This document shows, one piece after another, positions 38,418 to 51,152 of a stretch of DNA of 64,000 bases. The DNA is taken from the NCBI GenBank assembly GCA_951406725.2, contig OX597817.1, positions 58,652,001 to 58,716,000 on the forward strand, read 5' to 3'. The notes under the pieces are model-generated. The model worked only from the letters and a program-made list of their open reading frames with translations. It had not been told where the DNA came from and did not search any database. The translations under genes and the position numbers were made by a program. The DNA comes from Octopus vulgaris (taxonomy: Eukaryota). How positions within the stretch are numbered: position 1 is the first letter of the stretch; every line of letters begins with the position of its first letter.

Positions 38418-39501
38418 CTGAAATAGGAAGAAGAAGAACCAAAGTGAGAAATGGATTACGGCAGTTACGTCATTTTTTGTGAAGAGAATTGGATTTGCTA
38501 TTGAAGACTCCAAAGAGGTTACAGAGGACAAGAAAATGGTTTGGGATTGTGCAAGAACAAATGGGAAGCATTTAGGAGAGGATTTGGAGAGATTCATATA
38601 TATTTGTATATAGATATATATTTATATATGCATATATGTGTATGTGTGCAAAATATAAATATACATATCTAAATATGTGTGTATGTATGTATATATATAT
38701 ATACATACATATACCTATACACACATACATATGTGTGTGAGTGTGTGTATATATATATATATATACATACACTGATATATATATACACATATACATGCAC
38801 ACAGATATATATAAGCATACATTTAAATATATATATATATATATGCATATATACATACATATCTATATATATATATGCATATATACATACATATCTATAT
38901 ATAGATATATATTAATATATGCATACATATATATATGTGTGTGTGCATATATAAATACATATATCTATACACACACACATACATATATATATGTGTGTGT
39001 GTGTGTGTGTGTATCTATATGTTTATATGAAAGAAATCTTCTCTCCGATAACGGCAAACATTATGAAAGAAAAACTAATGGATTCCAGTTCGTCCAGAAG
39101 GATATTTTAAAAATCGGTGATTATCTCCAGATTTACACAACAAAGCAAGTTAATCTCATTTTATTGTTTATCTACAGAGATGTTAGTAAGATTCCTGTGA
39201 AGCCAAAGAAGATGGATATGATTAGCAACATTCATTTGGTAAAAGATTTTATTGGAAACAATATTCTAAAAAAATTTCAAAAGAGAAAATTTGCAATATT
39301 CTGAGAATCTGTTTACACAGGAAGATGTGAGAACTGAAATCTAACCATAAAGATTAATGGGAGATAGAGACTAGCAAAGTGTAATAGCTAATAGTTAAGG
39401 CCATTACAGAAACTAATCCCGTTTCAGACATGAAACATAGCCGCATAATCACGTGTGTGTGTGTATGTGTGTGTGTGTGTGTGTGTGTGTAAATATATAT
39501 A

Positions 39502-41960
39502 TCATCATCGTTTAATGTCCGCTTTCCATGCTGGTATGGGTTGGATGGTTCGACTGGGGTCTGGGAAGCTAGGAGGCTGCACCAGGCTCCAGTCTGATCT
39601 GGCTGTGTTTCTACAGCTGGATGCCCTTCCTAACGCCAACCACTCCGTGAGTGTAGTGGGTGCTTTTTACGTGCCACCGGCACAGGTGCCAGGGGAGGCT
39701 GGCAACATCCACGATTGGTTGGTGCTTTTTACGTGCCACTGGCACAGAAGCCAGTCAAGCCGGTGCTGGCATCGGCCACGTTCGGATGGTGCTTTTTACG
39801 TGCCGCTGGCTCAGGTATCACCACTACAATTTCCATTTGATATTTATTTTGATGTTGATGTACTTGACTCAATAGGTCTCCTCAAGCACAGCAGGTCGTT
39901 CTGCAATCCAAGATCGGCTGGTGCTTTTTATGTGCCACTAGCACAGGAGCCAGTCAGGCAAACCTAGCATCGACCATGTTTGGATGGTGCTTTTTACGTG
40001 CCACCAGCACGGAAGCCAGTCTGGCGGCACAGACCACAGCTATGATACTGGTTTTACTTGACCCAACAGGTCTTCTCAAGCATGTCATATTGCCTGACGC
40101 ATCAGGGGTATTCTTAACAGGGCTGGACAAGTGTGGCTGCGATCTCACTTTAGTTGCCGGGTCTTCTCAATCACAGCATATCTCCATAGGTCTTGGTCTC
40201 CTGTCATTGCCTCTGTGAGGCCCAGTGGAAACATCATCATCATCATCGTTTAACGTCCGCTTTCCATGCTAGCATGGGTTGGACGGTTCAACTGGGGTCT
40301 GGGAAGCCCGAAGGCTGCACCAGGCCAGTCAGATGTGGCAGTGTTTCTACAGCTGGATGCCCTTCCTAACGCCAACCACTCCGAGAGTGTAGTGGGTGAT
40401 TTTATGTGCCACCGACACAGGTGCCAGACGAGGCTGGCAGACGGCCACGCTCGGATGGTGTTTTTTATGTGCCACCGACACAGGTGCCAGATGAGGCTGG
40501 CAGACGGCCACGCTCGGATGGTGCTTTCTTATGTGTCACCAACACAGGTGCCAGACGAGGCTGGCGGACGGCCACGCTCGGATGGTGTTTGTTACGTGCC
40601 CTCAGCACGGAGGCCAGTCATTGCGGTACTGGCTACGGTCACGTTCGGATGGTTTTCTTATGTGCCACCGGCACTGGTACCACAAGGATACAAATTCCAT
40701 TGATGTTCATCTATTTTGATTTGGTTCGATACGATTCGATTCTCACTTGCCTCAACAGGTCTTCACAAGTGTCACAAGAAGGAAGGTATGCACAGGTGGA
40801 CTGACTACGTCCCAGGTAGGGGCCACGGATTATGGCTTCACTAGTCTTGCCGGGTCTTCTCACGCACAGCATACTTCCATAGGTCTCGGTCTCTAGTCAT
40901 TTCCATGGTGAGACCTAACGTCCGAAGGTCGTGCTTCACCACCTCGTCCCAGGTTTTCCTGGGTCTACCTCTTCCACGGGTTCCCTCAACTGCTAGGGAT
41001 TGGCACTTTCTCACACACCTATCTTCATCCATTCTCGCCACATGACCATACCAGCGCAATCGTCTCTCTTGCACACAACAACTGATGCTTCTTAGGTACA
41101 ACATTTCTCTCAAGGTACTAACGCTCTGTCGAGTAAGTACACTGACATTACACATCCATCGGAGCATACTGGCTTCGTTCCTCAACATATAAAGAAACTC
41201 TGTTCAAAGATCATGCTTCATCATCTCATCCCATGTTTTCCTGGGTCTACCTTTTCCACAGGTTCCTTCCACAATTAGGGAGTGGTACTTCCTCACACAG
41301 CTGTCCTCATCCATATGTAGCACATGACCATACCAGCACAGACACCTCTCTTGCACACCACATATGATGCTTCTTATGCCCAACCTTTCTCTCAGGGCAC
41401 TTACACTCTGTCGTGTATGCACACTGACATTACACATCCAGCAGATCATACTAGCTTAATTTCTTTCAAGCTTAAGCATGCCCTCAGCAGTCATGGCCCA
41501 TGTTTTACTGCCATGTAACATAGCAGTACACATACATGCATCATACAGTCTACCTTTTAGTTGCCAGCAGAGGTAGGAGCTCCCTGAACTTTACCTAGGC
41601 TATTCTTACTCTAGTCGCTACACTCTCGGAGCAACCAATCCCAATACAGACTTGGTCACCTAGGTAATGGAAACTATCAGCTACTTCTAGTTTCTTCCCC
41701 TGGCAAGTGATGGAATCTATTTTCTGTAGATCTTCAGTGTTTCTTGCTCCTGTGCATCTGCCACACACAAAAACTATCTTCCCAATTAACCTTCCTTTGA
41801 TATTTGCTGCACCTTTTATGTGTCCATTATTTACACTGGGTACATCGTATGGAGCTTCTACCAACACCTTCTCTAAAGACCAAGCAGGGCCATCTACCTC
41901 AAGGGGGTTGTGATTTGACAGCCTTCCTACTTAAGACTTTGGTTTTTACTAGGCTAACCC
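39502..41960 (-). mobile_element. Older RTE LINE fragment (39502-40225 + 41201-41960) interrupted by a younger RTE copy (about 40232-41186)
   Basis: ORF remnants EASMLRWMCNVS...RRLRWYGHVARMDEDRCV...GRGRPRKTWDEVV, KTKV and SFHYLG are RTE RT/C-terminal motifs. Each copy has a (GAT)n-type tail. Confidence 0.9.
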
Positions 41961-41984
41961 TAACAAAGACAGTGTGTGTGTATG

Positions 41985-42015
<31 letters not shown>

Positions 42016-42114
42016 ATATACTACGGATACTGAATTTCAGCTTAGTCAAATGAATATAATATGTCATCACAATCAACTTGGCATGATTGACCAATGGTGA
42101 GATGAAGACAATAA

Positions 42115-42148
<34 letters not shown>

Positions 42149-42685
42149 CTTTTTCCCAACAAATTACACAGTCTGACATTGAAAGTTCCTCACTTTAGTA
42201 AGGCACTATGCCATTTGGCCTTGCTTTGAATAGACAACCAGGGTATGGTGAGGACTGAACTTGTGTCTAAGAGTTACAGAGTAAAAGAGAGAAAGAGATT
42301 CTGTGTGTGTGTGTGTGTGAGGAAGAGCATAACCATCAAGCTACAGAGGATAGAGGTATGTATTTTAAATTAATGGCATATAAACTAAGAATCATTTACA
42401 GACTTTTACAGTGAAAATAACAATTGATTTTTTTTTTATTCTGTATTAGCCATCATCACCACACAGGTTTCAATTTGAGTTCTTTTTTTTTAAATGAGGA
42501 TGAAGATGATGATGATGAAGAAGATGATAATGAAGTAGATGACAGCTTTACAAAACATTAATAGCTAAATGTTGGATAATTATGTCGCTTGCAGACAGTA
42601 GGAAAAAAAAATAATAAAAACACCAACAAAAAAATTTAAATAAAAAGTTTGTACTAACATTATTTCTTCAATAAATGAAAGATTT

Positions 42686-42741
<56 letters not shown>

Positions 42742-43274
42742 CCCCTCAAGAGATATTGAGATATGAAATATCTGGAAACAAACAAGTTAACTGATGACAA
42801 GAATTTTGTTTCACTCTGGAGAAAATTTCTTCTTGGGGAAAAAGAAAAAAAAAAAACAAACTATTTGTTTACATGAGATAATATGGTCAGATTTGAGAGT
42901 GAAAACATCAATAAAGATAATATATAACAAAAAACATAAGAACACTGCAATATAAGAATATACGATTAAAAACTAAAAAGTTATAGAAATCTAAGAATAT
43001 AAACACATGTAAATAAAAAAATGTAAAAATATAAGAATTTAAAAAATAATATAAAAAAATCTGAATAAAAATACTCAAAAATATAAGAATATAGAAAAAT
43101 ATCAAAAGTATAAGAATTTCTAAAAATAAAGAATACCAATAAATAAATGAAAATGTTTGATTGATTCAATAACGAAGAGAGAGAAAGAATTTAATGGGTT
43201 TCTCCAAGTGGAGAGAAAATTGTGGAAGACAATCGGCTTAATCACTGGAACCTTTGGTGGGATTAAAATGATAT

Positions 43275-43308
<34 letters not shown>

Positions 43309-43848
43309 CACACACACACACACACAAATAGCATTTCAGATCAGATAGCACTATTACACTTGTGGCAATTAATATTTGCAAAAATACAAAACAGAAAAAA
43401 AATTATAAAAATTATATAAAAAAACCCCACTTGATTGATTTTTGGTTTTTTTCCTTGTTTTTTTTTTACACTGTTTTTATTTTATTTTTTTAATGAAGCA
43501 AAGGTTTTGATAATGTTTATTTTTCTTTTCAGTTTTTTGGGGTTTTTTTTTACAGAGGATTTTAAACAACTGATTAATTGATAAAATTTCCACCAGAGGG
43601 AAGCACTGAAGTAAGTAAACATAAAAATGGAGTGTTCGGGAAGCATGAATTATCTTCTGTCTTTTGTTTCAGTCACAAGACTGTGGCCATGCTGGGGCAC
43701 TGCCTTGAAGAATTTTTAGTCATGCAAATTGATCTCAGCCTGGTACTTATTCTATCAGTCTCTTTGCTGAACTGTTAAGTCACAAGGACATAAACACACC
43801 AGCACTGGTTGTCAAGCCCACACACATAGATGAGAATGTGTGTGTATA

Positions 43849-44582
43849 GAAGGAACCTGTGGAAGAGGTAGACCCAGGAAGACATGGGATGAGGTGGTAA
43901 AGCACGACCTTCAAACATTGGGCCTCATAGAGGCAATGACAGGAGACTAAGACCTATGGAGATATGCTGTGAGTGAGAAGACCAGGCAACTAAAGTGAGA
44001 TCACAGCCACACATGTCCGGCCCAGTTAAGAGTACCCCTGATGCGTTGGGTGATTATGATATGCTTGAGAAGACCCGTTGAATCAAGTAAATCCAATATC
44101 GTAGCTGTGGTCAGTGATCCTTGACTGGCTCCCGTGCTGGTGATACATAAAAAGCACCATCTGAACGTGGTCGATGCCAGGTCCACCTGACTGGCTCCCA
44201 TGCCGGTGGCACATAAAAAGTATCATCTGAACATGGCCAATGCCAGAACTCCCTGACTGGACCCTGCGCCAGTGGCACGCAAAAAGTACAATCCAAACGT
44301 GATCGATGCTAGGCCTGCCTGACTGGCTCCTGTGCTGGTGGCACGCAAAAAGCACCATCTGAACATGGCTGATGCCAGTGCTGCCTGACTGGCTTCCATG
44401 CCGGTGGCACATAAAAAGCACCCACTACACTCTCGGAGTGGTTGGCATTAGGAAGGGCATCCAGCTGTAGAAACATCTCCAGATCAGATTGGAGCCTGGT
44501 GCAACCACTAGCTTTCCAGATCTCGGTCAAACCGTCCAACCCATGCCAGCACAGAAAATGGATGTTAAACGATGATGATGAT
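43849..44582 (+). mobile_element. 5'-truncated RTE LINE (ORF end + 3'UTR)
   Basis: EGTCGRGRPRKTWDEVVKHDLQTLGL, then tandem 3'UTR units and a GATGATGATG tail; antisense to the 39.5-42 kb copies. Confidence 0.88.
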
Positions 44583-44601
44583 AATAAGTGAAAAAATGTA
44601 T

Positions 44602-45260
44602 AGTAATTGCACAAACAAAAAGTAAAAAACATATAATGAATGCACAGACGAATGAAAAAACATTGAGTGCAGAAACTGATGGAAAACAGAGAAGGTGCCT
44701 AATTCTTCATCAGTTACCAATCAGATGGTATTACTTAGTTTCGCACCATTAATGATAAGACTGAGACACTTTCCATGCTGACTGGGGCTGCGAAAGTTGT
44801 GGAGAATATAAAACTGAGGACAAACGATACATGGAATCCAGGCAATACAGAAGTAGACATGCGAAAGTGAATAAATGTAATGTAAGATAATGGATGAAGG
44901 ACAAAGATGAAATAAATAAGAAACAAGCAAAATATAAACTTGGGGCCCAAAAGACACGGATGGTGGGTAACACTTAGAGAGCAATCCTAAAGGATTAGAA
45001 AGACAACAAACAGCAAGATGGGAGCTGGTGGGGACTAGGGAATTTACGACTGGTGCAAAAAAGGGAGAGAAAGAAAGGCTGGCCCACGGTCTCAGTTCAA
45101 TATTCTCTGCAACTTTTGCAGGCACCGCCAGCATGGGAAGCCTGTCAGTCTTATCCTTAATGGTGCAAAACTGAGTAACACCATTTGTGCATTCAATGTA
45201 CGTTTTTCTGTTCATCAGTGCATTCATTATACATTTTTTACTTTCGTTTGTGCATTTACT
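44602..45260. mobile_element. Element with long diverged terminal inverted repeats
   Basis: 44602-44820 pairs with 45090-45260 (e.g. GCACCATTAATGATAAGACTGA / TCAGTCTTATCCTTAATGGTGC). The left arm has an ~45-bp insertion. Confidence 0.7.
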
Positions 45261-45314
45261 TATTAAGTAACGGAACGCAGCACACCCTGGTTTTTTATTA
45301 ACAGTAAGTTATTT

Positions 45315-45657
45315 CAGTTTTATATTTAAGAGGGAATTATGTACAGTATTTACATTTGACAGATATTTGTCCTCATCTTGTTTGTTGTTAACACACTACA
45401 CTATATGCCCATGGGCATATGGCATAGTGGTTTAGAGCACAGGCTACTAACCCCAAAATTCCAAGTTCGATTCCAGGCAGTGATCTGAATGTTAATAATA
45501 ATAATAATAACAACAACATCGAAAAATACATTACGAATGAGAACCCAGGTTCAAAATTTTCCCAAGACACCTGATGAAGGTTGAAGGCTTTATCAGCCGA
45601 AATGTGGTATTAATAACAAACAAGATGAGGACAAATATCCGTCAAATGTAAATAAGT
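45315..45657 (+). mobile_element. tRNA-headed hammerhead-bearing element, copy 3 (most complete)
   Basis: Inverted tail 45315-45394; A box TGGCATAGTGG 45420-45430; B box GTTCGATTCC 45465-45474; (AAT)n; CTGATGA 45571-45577; GAAA 45599-45602; tail to 45657. Confidence 0.8.
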
Positions 45658-46399
45658 TATATATATATATCACGTGATCACGTGATATATATATAGCACC
45701 CACTACACTCACGGAGTGGTTGGCATTAGGAAGGGCATCCAGCTGTAGGGCATCCAGCTGTAGAAACATTGCCAGATAAGACTGGAGCCTGGTGCAGCCT
45801 TCTGGCTTCCCAGATCCCCGGTCGAACCGTCCAACCCATGGAGAACGGACGTTAAACGATGATGATGATGATATATGATGGGCTTCTTTCAGTTTCTGCT
45901 TGCTGAATCCACTCACAAGTCTTTGGTTAGCCTGAGGCTATAGTAAGAGACACTTGCTCAAGGTGTCATGCAGTGGAACTGAACCTGGAACCATGCGGTT
46001 GGGAAGCATGCTTCTTACCATCCAACTACATCTGCATTTAATTCAAATAGTTTTTACAAGCGTTAAAAATAATATATATTTTTTTTATCATTTACTTTTT
46101 TCTCTTTGAGACATTGGACTGTGGCCATGCTGGGGCACCACATTGAAGGGTTTTAGTGAAACAAATCAGCCTCAAGGACTTATGGTGTTTCTTTCTCTTC
46201 CTCTTCTTTTATGCCTGATACTTATCCTCTCATTTTCTTTCGTAAGGGATATAAACAAACCAACACCAGCTATCAAGTGATATTGGAAGACATGCACAGA
46301 TGCAAATATATATACTTATAAATGTGTGTAAGTGTGTATGTGTGTGTGTCTGTTTTTGTGTGTGTGTGTGTGTGTGTGTGTGGGTAGGGGGACCCCGAA

Positions 46400-46718
46400 A
46401 GAGGTTTCAAGGAGTAGCATCCCTGCCTTCCTGAGCTAATTTTCCACTACATTTCTTAAAACTCATAGTAGAGGCCTTGGTCTCGGGACCATTCATGTCT
46501 AGAAACTGAGGTTGGGAGTAAGCAAGGGCATGTTCCCTATAGAAAATCCAGCTCCTAAAAAGCCTCATGATAGCAAAGGAGAATGGGCACCAGCCAGCCT
46601 AAAGACTGGGGTGGGCTGCACCTGCCAACCTCGGTTGCTATGGTATTGAGGTAGATCAGGCCACCCCTAATAATGGGGGACAAAACCTGGATTTAAAATA
46701 CAGGATGATGATGATGAT
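46400..46718 (+). mobile_element. Probable retroelement 3' end with (GAT)n tail, distinct family
   Basis: GC-richer block ending GGATGATGATGATGAT, inserted beside a (GT)n run within a family-B SINE. Confidence 0.45.
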
Positions 46719-47721
46719 ATATATGTATAAAGCACAAGCTTCCACACAATTTCCATCTACTAAATTCCCTTACAAGACATAGCTTAGCCCAGGGCTATAG
46801 TAGAAGACATTTGCCTAAGGTGCTACACAGTGGGACTGAAACCAGAACTAGATGGTTGCAAAGCAGGTTTCTTAGCCACATACCTATGCTTGCACCTATA
46901 ACCACTAGAAGAAAAAGATTTGTGCAAAAGATGAAATTATTACAGTTAGAGTATATTTAAGATGGTGATGACAGCTATTCCAAGGAAGAGAAGAAGATAC
47001 GGGGTTGCTAAGATATCTGTAGAGGTGGTCAGAGATTAGCTTGAGGGGGACGGAACAGGATGGAGCGGGACGAAGGAAGAAGAAGCTGAGCAACACTTAT
47101 AGAATCTTGTTTCCATATTCAATGGCAGAAATAACAGTTTAAAGTTTGTGTGAAATCTTTAAAAACTGCTGCCTATGTCAACAGGAAATTGGCGTTTCCA
47201 ATAGGAGAGCAGCCTGTGGCATACTCCATTGTAATTATTATTGCTTCCAGCAAACATTAATCAAAGACAAGAAGAATTGAGTGAAAGAACTTTCTACATC
47301 ATTCAATAGCCATCACATTGGATGAATGCCAGGAAAGTTTGAAAAATTCTAAAAGCTCTCTTCTTTAGATGCCAAGCAGGAAAATACATGACTCAATATT
47401 TTAATAAGTTATTGAAGTCACGGCCGTTCTAGGTGCGACCGATTCAATAAAAGGCTATTCAGGGAATCGGTAGGAATAGAAATTGTTTTTTAAGTAAAAG
47501 ATATTTTTACAGGAAACGAAAAAGTAAAAAGAAAAATGAAAATGTAAAAGCAAAATGAAAAATTAAAAAAAAAAGAAAGAATATTCTGTTGGTTTTTGAA
47601 CAATGATGTTTGCTTGTAAAATATTTTACACAGAGAAGTCACCAACATTGAAATGAAGAATTTAGATGAATGCATATCATTGGCACACACACACATATAA
47701 ATGTACATGTGTGTGTGTGTG

Positions 47722-47756
<35 letters not shown>

Positions 47757-48551
47757 ATACATACATATATATATATATATATATATTTGTATACATACAT
47801 ATGTATATAATGCATCACTCCATACTGCAGTCATTGAACAGTATGATTGGCAGGGTGTATATAAACAGTTTGTATTTAACAATTGAAGGAACGTCCATTC
47901 AGTTGAAAACAAGTGTGTGTGTGTGTGTGTGTGTGACAGCAAGTCAGTGAACTTTTCAAAACCGAAAGTAAAATTTTTATTCTTGAAATGTCTATAGTGT
48001 TCTGTCTGGTATTGTAGTAGCACCAAGTGCATTAAACTTACACACACATAATATGGCTAAAATGTGCTTCTGCACAAAAGAAATATAGCCATAGATATAA
48101 GAGCTCTATTTTTAACATAATGTTATAAAGCGCAATATTTGGTTTTCTTCAATAGAAGAACCAAAGTAAAAGGGTTTGTGATGTTGTAGAAAGAATATAA
48201 TTGATGGATGTTAAGAAGCAGACATTAAAAGAAGAAGAAGAACCAGAAAGACAGTAAACACTTATTTAAAAGTTCTCAAACATCAATGCTATTCTCTCTT
48301 TTTCCATTTCTTCTACCATGTCATGGTATATGGCTCAGTGGTTCGGGTATTCAAATCATGGTTGTAAGGTTGTGAATTCAATCCCTGGTGAGGTGTTTGA
48401 TACCCAATGGCACCTTGTGTCCTTGAGCAAGACACTTTATTTCACATTGCTCCAATCCACTCTGCTGGCAAAAACGAGTGGTACCCGTATTTCAAAGGCC
48501 CAGCCTTGTCATCTTCTGTGTCACACTGAATCTCCCTGAGAACTATGTTAA

Positions 48552-48772
48552 CCCTTTCGTTGCCAACCCGGCTGAAACCACTTCTGGCTCTGTAGTACAA
48601 ATGTCTTGTTTTCATAAGTTTTGAAAGAAAATCTTCCACCAAACCTTAGTCAAAATTTACGTTCCTAACACTAGCTGAATGATAACTAAGTTATTTTACC
48701 AAATTCTTTGTTATATTTAAAGTAATTGAAAGGAATGCAGAGCATATCAAAATAAATACAGTAATGAAAGGG
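48552..48772. mobile_element. piggyBac-type MITE nested in a SINE
   Basis: TTAA duplicated (48548-48551, 48773-48776); TIRs CCCTTTCGTTGC / GTAATGAAAGGG. Reverse-orientation sibling of 7772-7991. Confidence 0.9.
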
Positions 48773-49345
48773 TTAAGGGTATGCATTAAGGGTATATGTG
48801 CCAGTGCCATGTAAAAGAGCTCATGCTGGTGCCTTGTTAAAAGTGCCCAGCACACACTGTAAAGTGGTTGGCGTTAGGAAGGGTATCCACTGTAGAAAGC
48901 AAGCCGAATCAAAATGGAACCTGGTGCAGCTCCACAGCTTGCCAGCTCTAGTTAAACTGTCCAACCCATGCCAGCATGGGAAATGGATGCTAAATGATGA
49001 TGATGATGACGTATTAGTTGAGAAATCTTTGTTAACCCTGCTGTACTCTTTCACCACAACTTTCTCTCACTCTTTCTTCCTGTTTCTGTTGTACCTGTAT
49101 TTCAAAGGGGCCAGCCTTGTCACACTGAATCTCCCCAAGAACTACATTAAGGGTACATGTGTCTGTGGAGTGCTCAGTCACTTGCACATTAATTTCATGA
49201 GCAAGCTGTTCTGTTGATCGGATCAACTGGAACCCTCATCGTTATAACCGACGGAGTGCTGTAGTGTAATATATATACACACACACACACACATATATAT
49301 ATACATACACACACACACATATATATGTATATATATACACACACG

Positions 49346-49379
<34 letters not shown>

Positions 49380-49654
49380 CACACACAAGTTTTGAGTTTT
49401 ATTTTCCAAAATCTACACACACATGAACACACACACACACACACAAAAGAGAGGGAGTGAGAGAGGGAGAGCATGTTATTGGATTACAGATATATGATTG
49501 TTGGATTAAGTATCATACAAATGTCTTGAATTAATGTCCCAAAGTTTGAATGGAAAGAGGATTTCTTGAAATAAAATTCTAAAATATGCTGCTGTGGCTG
49601 TTGTTACAAATAAAAGTACTACAATCACTATAATAAGTACTGGTACCACCCAAC

Positions 49655-49905
49655 TTCTGTTACTACTACTGCTACTACTAACCCCACCACCACCACCACC
49701 ACCAGTAAGTGCTACAGACAGCATTATTATTATTACCACCTCCACCACCACCATAACATTATCCCTACCACCATTGCTATCACCATCACCATCACCACCA
49801 GCCCATCCCCCACCACTACTACTAACTTCATCACCATCAAAACTTCCAGCATCCCCCACAACCAATACCATGATGATGATGGTGGTGGTGGTGGTGGTGA
49901 TGATA
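49655..49905. repeat. Compound trinucleotide low-complexity tract (ACT/ACC/ATC, then GAT/GGT)
   Basis: Direct inspection; produces the poly-P/L/V/G pseudo-ORFs in the track. Confidence 0.85.
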
Positions 49906-50880
49906 ATATGAAATGTTTCCCTATACTGGAGGAACCCGTCCCCATCACATTTGACAACAGTGCAAATATTTTTAACAGTTGTGATTCAACAATGGGTGTG
50001 GCCCCATGTTTTCTCATTCCATACGGAATTGGAGCAAAACCGCCCAGAAAAGAGGTCTGTTGGCTTCTCTCTGCTTCTGTGTATTGCTTATAAATCTTTG
50101 GCTAACACATCTTGGAGAGAAACCTCACGGCCAATGAGAGGACATCTACAAGGTTTGAGACATTTTGGCGCAGCTGTTTCGGTGCCGCTGCCGCCTACAA
50201 GGCATGACATTTTTGACATCAACAGGTTTATGCTTCTTTCATTTTCTCTCCCCCTCCCTCCCTCTCTTTATGCCTGTGAGCATATTCTTCTCTGTATGTA
50301 CAAGGAAAAATGCTTCAGCCAATTATATTCAATTAATAGATTCTAATGTCGTCCTCTCTCGCCTTTTCTTCCACTCATGTGTGTGTGGGGGTCTCTCTCT
50401 CTCTCTCTCTCTGCAACCAGTGCCAAAAAGTACTGCTGCCAAAACAGGCTGACTGCCCATCAGTTATACCAAATCATCTGTATAGAAACAATTGTACCCA
50501 AATGTCTCATTTTGGCATCTACATAGTCATCCAGTCTGCTAGAAATAGCAGCCAACTCTTCTTCAAATCAAAACCTACTATCTTCAATAAACAAAGGTCA
50601 TATTGTTTGGTGTAGTTCTACATTGCTCTTTGATTATGCATTTCCTTACTTTGTCTGTCACATTTCGTTGTTGATCCAAGGGCTGATGGCTCCTTAAAGT
50701 CAGACTTCTTTTAGTTTCCATCTACCAAATCTACTCACAGGGCTATGGATGACCAAGGGCTATAGAAGACATTTTGCTTCAGCTGTTGTGCAAAGGGGAA
50801 AGTAGTCATGACCACATGACTGGGTAACATGTTCCTTAACCATACAGCTATGCATACACCTATGTCTACCTACCTACTTC

Positions 50881-50913
<33 letters not shown>

Positions 50914-51106
50914 GTTCAAATTTATAGTAAAACAAAAGACAAAGACAGGTGTATTAACAAGCAAGAGTATTACTTTGACACTTGAGAAAATGAAAAAGTC
51001 TTTTACATTTTGAACCTACGCTCTTCAACAGAAAGGAAGAAGAGAAAATAAACAGAAAGACAATGAAAAAACTTGTGGATTTAGCAATCAAGTATGGCAA
51101 CTATTT

Positions 51107-51152
<46 letters not shown>

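Noticed and set aside
45413-45480. Functional tRNA genes (also 8598-8670 and 55880-55949)
   Set aside because: A/B boxes are present but the acceptor stems do not pair and the heads continue into repeat bodies; these are SINE heads.
49506-50017. Pro/Thr/Gly-rich ORFs suggesting a mucin-like or membrane protein
   Set aside because: A trinucleotide low-complexity tract open on both strands, with no splice signals or domain motif.
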